Of a stretch of DNA of 22,321 nt, positions 1 to 9,189 are shown one piece after another. The DNA is taken from NCBI RefSeq assembly GCF_006345805.1, contig NW_021837003.1:1-22321 (forward strand), written 5' to 3'. The position numbers and the translations under genes are program-made. Positions within the stretch are counted from its first letter, which is position 1; the number at the start of each line of letters is the position of its first letter. This DNA comes from Octopus sinensis. Its lineage: Eukaryota. The notes below the pieces were generated by a model. The model was given only the letters and a program-made list of their open reading frames with translations. It did no database searches and was not told where the DNA came from.

Positions 1-1004
1 GCCATTCTGGCAAGGCACGTGACTACAATGAGGTCCCATGGTAAGATTGTTCGTAATATTCTTATTGTTAGCGTTTAGCCCAGGCTTCATTGAAAAAAAC
101 CTATTACCAGAAGTATTCCAGTCGTAGCCGATTTCAAAGACTGAAACCAGTAAAAGAATAAAAGATTATCCCTTTTCTAATTTGAAGAACAAGCATGATT
201 TGATTCAACACGCCGTCAAAATAAGAACCCCAAAACATCAAGACCAGTGTGGCGTAACAATCCGTCTTCCTAATTAATAAATACTTATGCAACAGGGCCA
301 GTATAAAAGCTAGCTGCTCCAGAGACCCGTTAATACGCAGCATTATAAACTTCCATCAAGTTCCATTAATATTTCACAGTCCTGTTAATGCGTATCTTGT
401 AACCGCCAACATCTTTTCGATCCTCCAGTCTCACATCCTTAGAGTAACTTAACGAAGAGACGTCTGAAGTTATTGAAATATATGTTCGCATTCTCTCGTC
501 CACCAGTGTATGAGTAATTATATTGTTTGCCACGCTGCCGTGATCGAGAAAAATCTCTGTACCATCTCAAAACATCGGCTTAACTGAGACTTCAGTTAAG
601 AGCTGACTGTACCAATAGATGAGCTCCTTCAAGTCTATCACAAATCTAACATATTGCTCCCTATCCGGCAAAGAAAGAATAAGCGTGAAACTAGTGACAT
701 CACATTGTCGTTCCAGATAGGGCCATCGCAATCACAGATGATGCCAGCTTTATTTAACTAAGTAATACCATATAATAAGCCATGCTTCGTCAACAGAATT
801 GATCTCCATGTAGAGACACACACAAAAGTTCTTACTTTTTTTGTAGGACAACAAAGGAATAACATGTGACGTCACACATCATACGACATGTCGCAATTTC
901 GCTTATTTGCTTGCTTGGCCGCTGAAAATTGTCGAGTCCAATGGTGAGTGTGTCTGCGCGCGCTTGTGATCATGGTTGGTGGTGTGCGTGTATGGTGCGT
1001 GGTT

Positions 1005-1132
1005 GTATATGTATTCATGTATGTATGTATGCATCTATTTGTGTATGCATGTATATGTATGTATGCATGTATATGTATACATATATATGTGTGTGTGTGT
1101 ATACATATATATATATGTGTGTGTGTGTATAC

Positions 1133-1166
<34 letters not shown>

Positions 1167-1404
1167 TTATGTGTGTGTATACATATATATATGTGTGTGT
1201 GTGTATACATATATATGTGTGTGTGTGTGTGTGTGTTTATGTGTGTGTATACATATATATATGTGTGTGTGTGTATACATATATATGTGTGTGTGTGTGT
1301 GTGTGTTTATGTGTGTGTATATATACATATGTGTGTGTGCATGCATGTATGCATACATACATACATGAATGCATACACAACCACACACCATGCACCAATC
1401 TCTG

Positions 1405-1444
<40 letters not shown>

Positions 1445-1470
1445 CTACACACACACACACACACATACGC
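1005..1470. repeat. Compound (TA)n/(TG)n/(TATG)n microsatellite with a 70-bp higher-order period, followed by (CT)n and (CA)n
   Basis: The GTTTAT landmark recurs at 1165, 1235 and 1305 (exact 70-bp spacing). The tract is almost purely alternating purine-pyrimidine. Confidence 0.95.
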
Positions 1471-1721
1471 ACATGTTTATGCAGAGAGATTGGCAAACTG
1501 ACAGGCAGATAATCTGACATGTATGGTGCTTGCCAATATATCAATATGACGACACTGGAAAATTCCAAGGGCGCCTTCTCTACAAAGAACACATAGTTAA
1601 GTGCAGGATAACATACGATGGTGAGCTGATAATAATTTTAATAACCTAAGATACTAATAACGTAATATCAAAAAGATTCATAAACATTAGGACAGGGAAT
1701 CCCCACCCAGGCTTAAATATG

Positions 1722-1722
1722 G

Positions 1723-1792
<70 letters not shown>

Positions 1793-1803
1793 TTGTCTGT
1801 CTA

Positions 1804-1854
<51 letters not shown>

Positions 1855-1859
1855 GTCTT

Positions 1860-1951
<92 letters not shown>

Positions 1952-1969
1952 CCTATCTATCTATCTGCC

Positions 1970-2034
<65 letters not shown>

Positions 2035-2105
2035 GTCTATCTTTCTATCTATCTGTCTATCTATCTATCTATCTATCTATATATATATATATATATATAT
2101 ATATA
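1722..2105. repeat. Compound (CTAT)n/(CTGT)n tetranucleotide microsatellite ending in (AT)n
   Basis: Alternating CTAT and CTGT blocks read directly; the (AT)n run abuts the repeat unit starting at 2106. Confidence 0.95.
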
Positions 2106-2803
2106 GCAATAATAATTCTCTAAACGAGATATAAACAGTAATTGCTCCATAACATAAGGGACATCAGCCATCTGAATGTGGCTAGGGACAGGGCAGGGCG
2201 GTAGGGGTGTTACTGATGCATTTAGCCCCAGGCGATCATCAACGTCACCAGGAGGGCTGACACCATCACGGTGTCCTCTAGCCTGCAAAGGGAGATCATT
2301 CCCCGAAGAAGCGGATGCCACATACGGACCTAGGTTTCAAGGTATTTGCCTATTATCAACGCATGGCAGGCACCGCTCCTCGACGAACAACTCCCTGTGC
2401 AGGCTACATTTAAAGATTTTCACAGTAAATACATTTACTGATGTAGAAAATCCGTTCGAAAACAATAATAATTCTCTAAATGAGATATAAACAGTAACTG
2501 CTCCATAACATAAGGGACATCAGCCATCTGAATGTGGCTAGGGACAGGGCAGGGCGGTGGGGGTGTTACTGATGCATCTCCCTTGCAGGCTAGAGGACAC
2601 CGTGATGGTGTCAGCCCTCCTGGTGACGTTGATGATCGCCTGGGGCTAAATGCATCAGTAACACCCCCATCGCCCTGCCCTGTCCCTAGCCACATTCAGA
2701 TGGCTGATGTCCCTTATGTTATGGAGCAATTACTGTTTATATCTCGTTTAGAGAATTATTATTGCTTTCGAACGGATTTTCTACATCGAACGGATTTTCT
2801 ACA
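2106..2803 (+). mobile_element. Retrozyme-like or Penelope pseudo-LTR-like element: 356-bp unit, partial tandem copy and inverted copy
   Basis: 2107-2221 is repeated directly at 2463-2577 (3 substitutions, period 356 bp). 2106-2295 is repeated inverted at 2577-2765 (2 substitutions, 1 indel). 2440-2461 is inverted at 2766-2787. An 18-bp tandem duplication lies at 2768-2803. A hammerhead-like motif sits at the unit boundary. Confidence 0.6.
2432..2482 (+). ncRNA. Type I hammerhead ribozyme-like motif with a variant core
   Basis: Stem I CATTTA(2432-2437)/TAAATG(2477-2482); core CTGATG-T-A (2438-2445); stem II GAA/TTC with loop AATCCG; GAAA (2458-2461); weak AT-rich stem III; CUC triplet ending at 2476. 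The core deviates from CUGANGA by one U. Base 2462 is A here but G in the other two copies, and G would pair with C2474. Confidence 0.55.
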
Positions 2804-3199
2804 CTTGAAAGTCATGAACAGGCGAGACAACACACCCCTAATTCAACTCAGGGGTGATGGACAATGATGTTTCGCCATTTTTGTGGATTATCAGCTTGAC
2901 GTCCCTGAACCGAATTAGAGATGAATCATATCACCAATCCACGACTTATACGCATATAGTATGGAAACTATTTGCTGATATGCCCGGACACTGCATATGT
3001 GAGAATAAATTCAAATGTGAAATCAAAGCAGCAGTAGTGTAGTCAAAATTATCGACCACATATACATAACGTATATAATCTGTGTATTTAACGGTAGGCC
3101 GTGGACTGGCGTTCTATTCACTTCCGATTCGGTTCGTGTACGTGAAGGTGGTAAAACGTCGGTGTCCTTCAATCGTGAATGGGATTTCGGGTGAGTGGG

Positions 3200-3493
3200 G
3201 TATATGTATGTGTGGTGTGTATATATGTGTCTATGTGTGTGTGTTTGTGCGTGTGTATGTTTGTGCGCGCGTATGTATGTATGTATGTATGTATGTATGT
3301 ATGTATGTATGTATGTATGTATGTATGTATGTATGTTGTATGTATGTATGTATGTATGCATGCATGCAAGTATGTATGTATATATGTATGCATGTATGCA
3401 TGTATGTATGTATGTATGTATATATGTATGTATATATGTATGTATATATGTATGTATGTATGTATGTATATATGTATATATGTATATATATAT
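3200..3493. repeat. (TATG)n-dominated microsatellite
   Basis: Read directly. Confidence 0.95.
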
Positions 3494-3495
3494 GT

Positions 3496-4030
3496 GCTAC
3501 TGGTAACATGTAACCCAGTACAACCTGTTGCATGGTCGGGTCGTTGGCGACTAAACCGGCAACCCCACCAAGCTTGCTTGGTGAGGAGGGTGTTTATTGG
3601 ACACCCTGCGGGATGAAAAACATAACCCGTCAAAGGGCGGAGGAACTCTTGAGAGTCAATGGCCATCCAATAAATGTCTTAAGACTGTATCATGCGCGGG
3701 GACATAGAAATAACCGGACTGAATACCCGATCGCGCGGATAAACTATTGGGAGTGAAGGACTCCCAGCCTTTGTTAAGGCATCCTTCTAGGAGAAGGTAA
3801 CTCAGGAAACTGGGATAACTCCGATATAAAACCTGCGACTCAGTGGTTACCGATGATGTTGACTTGTTCTTCTTTTCGGATTATGGCTGCTGTTGCTTAG
3901 TGAGTGGGATTGACTCAGTGCACAGCCTTTCCTCACTTTAAAAAAAATCTTCTTGCACAGGCATTGCACGATAACAACATTGATTAAGCTTCGTGCAATG
4001 GCCATACTCGATAACAAGGGGGAAGCCACC
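3496..4030 (+). mobile_element. Hairpin-rich interspersed repeat, probably the 5' UTR of an RTE-clade LINE with no ORF attached
   Basis: A GC-richer island between microsatellites with at least 8 short hairpins. The TCTAGGAGAAGG..AACTC..ATAAAACC segment resembles RTE 5' UTR sequences as I recall them; not database-checked. Confidence 0.4.
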
Positions 4031-4252
4031 ATGTATATATGTACGTACGTATGTATATATGTATGTATATATGTATGTATATATGTATGTATGTTTGTAT
4101 GTTTGTATGTATGTATGTATGTATGTATATATGTATGTATGTATATATGCATGTATGTATATATGTATGCATGCATGCATGCAAGTATTGTATGTATATA
4201 TATGTATGTAAGCGTGTGTGTGTGTGTGTGTGTGCAGGGGTGCGTGTGTGTG
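4031..4252. repeat. (TATG)n/(TG)n microsatellite
   Basis: Read directly. Confidence 0.95.
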
Positions 4253-4762
4253 CATCTGATGAACGTGACTTAATCGACGTTAGCATATCGCAAGTAGAAT
4301 TAGATGGATATACCATTGAAGAGGAGGGCGTTGGTGTGGTGGGCAGTGGGTGTATGAATACCCGGATGGCAGATGGACAGTGGATGAGGCGCAGAATAAA
4401 TATTTATGTTAGCAAAGAAACTGGCATGGAAGAGTATCAGTAATGTGAGGTGAGGGAGGAGGTAAGTAGGTATAGGTGGGAGGGAAGAGAGAAAAATGGG
4501 AAGGTGTGAGGAAGATGAAGAGTGCAAAAAGAAGAAGGAAGGGAACGAGAAAGAGGAAGATGAGGCAAGAAACTCGCTATTTACCGTTTATGGAGAATTT
4601 AGTTTGTTCAAAAATGTAAAACTGATAAGAAATTGTGAAAAAGAATGAAATTCTTCAGCACATGTCTGCGATATCCGGGAATATCTGAGATAAAATGTCG
4701 CCATTTTAGTTTGATAAGACTCTTAGTTACTGAAATCTGAGGGTTGATCCTGGTAGTTGTGT

Positions 4763-4819
4763 GCTGTGTGTGTGTGTGGTGTGTGTGTGTGAGTGTGTTT
4801 ATGCGTGTATATATATATA

Positions 4820-4858
<39 letters not shown>

Positions 4859-5125
4859 TATACATTTATGCGCCAGCATACATACACTTGTGCGCGCACG
4901 TATTCGAGATCGTATTGAATTCTACACAGCGGCTAATCTTTCAATATTTATCGCAACACCAAATATGCAAAACTTTTATATATACCCATACACACACACA
5001 CACACACACACGCACACACACACACATATGCACATATATGCCTTCATACGCACACCCATATGTATACATGCTTGTATATTTACGCACGCGCATATATACA
5101 TGTACGTGTCTATGTATGTGTGCGC
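4763..5125. repeat. Mixed (TG)n, (TA)n and (CA)n microsatellites
   Basis: Read directly. Confidence 0.9.
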
Positions 5126-5159
5126 ATATGCATGTGCCTGTGTCGACACATTACTAATG

Positions 5160-5182
5160 CTATCATTATTACTATGATTATC

Positions 5183-5263
<81 letters not shown>
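5160..5263. repeat. (ATT)n trinucleotide microsatellite
   Basis: Long pure ATT run immediately 5' of the LINE fragment; it generates the poly-Ile ORFs. Confidence 0.97.
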
Positions 5264-7420
5264 TGCAAAGAGATTGCTTTAGAAAACCACAGAATAGAAA
5301 ATAAACTAGTTAGTAAGTTAGAAGAGGCACAAAAAAGTGGAGTTGCAAATGACGTGCCAGCGGCGTGAATGGCACTCGACCATTTCTTCGACGTAAAACA
5401 TAAAGGCAGTACTATCCGATCTAGCGTGCGTGTCTTGAAACACGAAGGCTCAAAAGCCGTTGTTTGGGCCCGGGTTGCGGAGGCACAGTAGCAAAACAAA
5501 TCAAAGATTCGCTCTGTGACGGACCGCAGTGGTCATGTGCACTCCGATTCCAAACAGATGAGTGCAGTGTTTCGGCGATATTTCGCCGATCTCTTTTCAA
5601 GAGGCAGGCACTTGTTGTCGGTAATATAGTTGTGGATGCACAAACCTGTGCGGTCCCCTGTAGATCTATCCACGACAATCTCCACCTCATGTGATGCATC
5701 GTAGAATGGGTCGGGAATAGATCAGGCTTTGAAGGGGCTCTGGTCAATTTGGACCAGTCCAAAGCTTTTGACTGGGTGGGCCATCGCTATCTGGTTTCTG
5801 CCCTAAAAGCTGTCAGTTTCGGCCCCGTCTTCAGAGGCTGGATCCCCACAATATATAGTGGAATCTGCTCGGTTTTCAGATTGAATGGCCACTTCTCGGA
5901 ACTTTTCAGTACTGAACGCTCGGTACGCCAAGGACACCCTCTTTCCCTACTTTTATATATTTTAGCTTTGGAACCCTTGCTGCGAAAGATGGAGAATATG
6001 AGGGGTATCCTGCTGGAGCTAGTTCACAGGAGAGCTGTCATGGTGTCGGACTCTTCGGACATATCAGGAATGCTCAGGAGAACTCATAAACCAGGAGAAG
6101 TCAGTAGGTCTGCAAGTAGGCTCTTGGAGAGGCAAGTTGACAAGTGGTGATTTCTGTCGCTGGACGGAGGGTCCGGTGAAAGTGCTGGGAGTTTGGTTCG
6201 GACCAGATCTCCAGGTATATAGGAAATGGAGAGAGATAATGGGCAGAAAGGAAGCTGTCTATGAAAGGCCGGCTGGAAGTAGCGAATGCGTATATCGCCT
6301 CGGTAGTGTACTACCGCCTAGCCGTCGTACCTTGTCCTAAGAAAACAATGACCAGATTGGAGCGCTTGCTTTTCCGATTCTTATAAAAGGGTCAGGTTCC
6401 ACTAGTCAAAAAATCCATCTGCTGTCAACACCCACACCGTGGTGGTCTTGGGATCCCATCCTTAATGATTCGGTGCCACGCTTTGAAGCAGTGGCACCTG
6501 CAGAAGTATCTAAATCACTGGACGACAACGACGACGATGAAAATAAGGGTGAACTGGTGTGGGCGTCTTTCGTGCGACAGGCCTTTCCGCAGTCCATCTC
6601 AATGACAGAGCTGCAATCATGGGTCAAGCGTAGAGCGAGGTTGGGCGTTTGGCTTCTAGAATGTTGCCAGGCACTCACTGTACCAGCTACCCAAAACTGA
6701 TTTCTAAAGGGGGTTAGTTGAGGGTATGGGTGATGATGGCCTAGGATGGAATCTAGGCATCGACGAGAACAGTCTGAGTAGTCTCTTTCAGACGATCTTC
6801 GGGTCGAAGATCATGGAAAATTTCCAAAAGTCTTTGACTTGGCAGTGCTACAGATGAGTATTGACCGTTCAAGACAAGTGCTTCAGGCGAGATGTTTGCA
6901 GGGAGACGAAATTGTCCTGCATGCAATAATTCAGTGTCCATGCATTAGAAAGTTGTGGGATTGTGTGGAGCAGCAGCTGTTGTCGCATATAAGATGAATT
7001 CAGCTGTCTGCCGAACGTATAGTGAAGATCGACGCACCAGCTTCCTTTAGTGAAGAAAGGCAGATCTTTCTCTGCTTAGTAGCTGTGGCAAAAGAGGCTC
7101 TATGGCGGAACCGTCTGAAAAATTTGAAGACAGGCACATTCCTATCTGGTCAAATATCATTTAAAGAGGAAAGTGAAGGTAGAGCGGGATATGCTGTCTT
7201 GCTTGTTTATCAAAAGGTGGTCAACAGTGGCAAGACTGGTGAGACCGAATGGACTGACTCTGAATATGTTTTTCTAAGCAGGAGGAAAGAAACTGGAAGA
7301 GGGCACTTACCCATGCTTTGGAGTTGGCAGTTATCCCTGATTTTTGTGTGGAGTTTACCCTGGCTTATCTTAAGTGGACTGCCCCAGCTATTGGGCATTT
7401 TATTTATTTAGAATTTTCTT
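5264..7420 (+). mobile_element. 5'-truncated, internally deleted L1/Tx1-clade LINE ORF2 pseudogene plus 3' UTR (copy 1)
   Basis: RT motifs QTCAVPCRSIHDNLHLM, DQSKAFDWVGHRYL and SVRQGHPLSLLLYILALEPLLR; thumb WTEGPVKVLGVWFG; GGLGIPSL; decayed C-terminal Cys/His region; ORF2 ends KRKVKVER..LNMFF* at 7277. Many stops and frameshifts; early RT domains and YADD are missing. Confidence 0.92.
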
Positions 7421-7774
7421 CTGGTCGAGTAACCCATCCTGCTCAAAAGGTCCCTGAATGAGGGATGTTTAAGGATGTTGAACGAAACACCCATGTTTCC
7501 AGAGGTGAATTATTCAAATCCCAAATAATCCTCACAACACATGGCTATGATGCTCCCCCACTACTTCTGCTCGTGATCAGAGATGCATATATCATCAGCC
7601 ACTAAGGGACATGGTCACCTGGTTAAGGTCAAACAGCTGACAAGCAAATCTGTGATATTGAGCAGAATATTTGCTGTATCCCATCTTTTATACCAAGACA
7701 AAACAATGTACATGATAACACTTCCAATCAGTTAACATCAGAAGCCACGAAAGCCACTGCTTGGTACTACATCA

Positions 7775-7775
<1 letters not shown>
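7421..7775 (+). mobile_element. Unclassified interspersed repeat, probably a retroposon 3' region ending in a (TTA)n tail
   Basis: Non-coding segment fused to the LINE UTR, not matching the 3' UTRs of the other two Tx1-like copies here, and ending at (ATT)n. It resembles a common octopus repeat from memory only. Confidence 0.35.
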
Positions 7776-7806
<31 letters not shown>

Positions 7807-7808
7807 TA

Positions 7809-7851
<43 letters not shown>
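7774..7851. repeat. (ATT)n microsatellite or retroposon tail
   Basis: Read directly. Confidence 0.95.
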
Positions 7852-7852
<1 letters not shown>

Positions 7853-7932
7853 GTGTCACTGCCTGGAATCGAACTCAGAATCTTGGGGTTAGTAGCCCGC
7901 GCTCTTAATCACTACGCCATATGCCCGTGGGC
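7852..7932 (-). mobile_element. Short tRNA-derived SINE (tRNA-like head with an (AAT)n tail)
   Basis: Minus strand reads GGCATATGGCGTAGTGATTAAGAGCGCGGGCTACTAACCCCAAGATTCTGAGTTCGATTCCAGGCAGTGAC: A-box-like TGGCGTAGTGA, B-box GAGTTCGATTCC, no good acceptor stem, followed by (AAT)n. Confidence 0.75.
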
Positions 7933-7933
7933 T

Positions 7934-8400
7934 ATATCTATTATATAAAATCCGTTCTGTCTGTGTGTGTGTCTTCTAGGATCTTGGGTATCCTCCATCC
8001 GATTGCACTCAAATTTGATATATAGATACCGACTGCATCAGGGCGTGTATAAGTCTTAAAAACTTACAAAAATCGATTCCATGTGAGAATGCGATCGATA
8101 AAGCCGTGGGAACGTGCATTTGTACACGCAAGTACATCAGCTGTTGTGATCGATACTACGCGTATGCGAAAAAATGCACGTGCAGTTTGCGCAAAAAAAA
8201 CCGGCTGGCTTGAAATAATGCCACAAAATGCAGCATGTTTAAGAGACGAAAAAGTAAGATGCAAAAGAGATATTTTCTTCAAACTTGCCATAAAGCAAGG
8301 AAAGTTTTCTTTTTTTCTTTGCCTTAACTTCGTTTAAAAAAAACAAAAATTTTATTGAAATAAAGGCATGCTTAATTATTTTTTTATTGAAAAGAAAACA
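7934..8400 (+). mobile_element. Non-autonomous Helitron/Helentron (DINE/HINE)-like element, 5' portion
   Basis: Begins TCTATTATATAAAA, followed by a GTCT/GT micro-repeat and CCGATT..CTCAAATTTG, a layout typical of DINE-1/HINE-like elements. The 3' hairpin and CTRR end were not found, so the end coordinate is approximate. Confidence 0.45.
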
Positions 8401-8500
8401 CTGATTGATTTTTATTCAGCAGATATGATTCAGCATCGTCCATTGGGCGGATGGCGGGGGGGGGGGCGTTTTGCTCGTATACATATACATATATATATAT

Positions 8501-8647
8501 GCGATGGCTGTTTGGTAAGAAGCTTGCTTCCCAGCCACATGGTTCCGAGTTCGGTCCCACTGTGTGGCACCTTGCGCAAGTGTCTTCTGCTATAGCCTCG
8601 AGCCGACCAAAGCCCTGTGAGTGGATTTGGTAGACGGAAACTGAAAG
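8501..8647 (+). mobile_element. tRNA-derived CORE-type SINE (octopus OR-like), 3'-truncated
   Basis: Head TGGCTGTTTGGTAAGAAGCTTGCTTCCC..GAGTTCGGTCCC, then CORE-like ACCTTGCGCAAGTGTCTTC. Homologous to the split minus-strand copy at 13635-14790. Confidence 0.8.
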
Positions 8648-8709
8648 GCAAAAGAGATACAAAGGAAGAGAAAGAGACAAGTTTTTCACTTTTTCTCTCT
8701 CTCTTTTTT

Positions 8710-8744
<35 letters not shown>

Positions 8745-8748
<4 letters not shown>

Positions 8749-8890
8749 ATTTTCTATTCCTTTCTATTGAAGAGCGCAGACTCGAAATGTAAAAGACTCT
8801 TTTCCTCTTTCCCGAGCGTCAAACTAATATACTTGCTTGTTCATCCACCTGTCTTCGTCTTTTGTTTTTCTATAAATTTCAACATGAAGT
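8745..8890 (+). mobile_element. Penelope-like element terminal fragment with a decayed minimal hammerhead motif
   Basis: TTGAAGA-GCGCAGACTC-GAAA-TGTA at 8767-8791 resembles the minimal type I hammerheads of PLE ends, with C3 changed to U, followed by a T-rich tail. Confidence 0.45.
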
Positions 8891-9088
8891 ACGTAAACAA
8901 ACGAGTGAAATCTCGTTGAATGATCGAAATGAGGAGTAGATAGACCGCTGCCAACTGATAAAGGGTCCTTTCTCTTTGTCAGCTTGTCCTGTTTTCCATT
9001 TCTTTCTCGTTGTTTACCTATTACACGTTGTTTGCACCATATGCATGTATATATATATAGATATATATATAGATATGTATGTATGTAT

Positions 9089-9130
<42 letters not shown>

Positions 9131-9189
9131 ATATATATTATATATATAGGAGAGAAAGTTGGTGTGTGAAAGCACGAGGTTGAATATAT

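Noticed and set aside
579-600. 9-bp hairpin CTTAACTGA/TCAGTTAAG
   Set aside because: An isolated short stem, expected by chance in 22 kb, with no associated element boundary.
134-830. Possible host exons or ORF (MLRINGSLEQ...) in the unique-looking first 830 bp
   Set aside because: No recognisable domain in any frame and frequent stops; 60-135 looks like a decayed SINE 3' fragment. It cannot be supported without RNA-seq or homology.
2073-2867. ORFs of 82-111 aa across the direct and inverted repeat
   Set aside because: No recognisable homology; they mirror one another only because of the duplication and inversion. A non-coding RNA interpretation explains the sequence better.
3505-3594. Possible twister ribozyme (GCAA-ccccaCCAAGC-TTGC..TGAG-GAGGG-TGTT)
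   Set aside because: L4 is 3 nt too long, P2 has a mismatch, and a perfect competing 8-bp hairpin covers the same bases. Not supportable without a covariance-model hit.
4257-4290. CTGATGA followed by an ACGT/ACGT stem
   Set aside because: No GAAA after the stem and no stems I or III; not a hammerhead.
872-5499. Many 60-190 aa ORFs rich in CV, YI, HT, LSIY or poly-Ile
   Set aside because: They are translations of (TG)n, (TA)n, (TATG)n, (CTAT)n and (ATT)n microsatellites. The same applies to similar ORFs at 8617-9204, 13427-13725, 14966-15795, 17278-17589, 18384-18686 and 19791-20024.
7455-7500. CTGAATGAG...GAAAC hammerhead look-alike
   Set aside because: Core spacing is wrong and no stem II forms.
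7860-7932. tRNA gene on the minus strand
   Set aside because: A and B boxes are present, but there is no acceptor stem and it runs into an (AAT)n tail; better explained as a SINE head.
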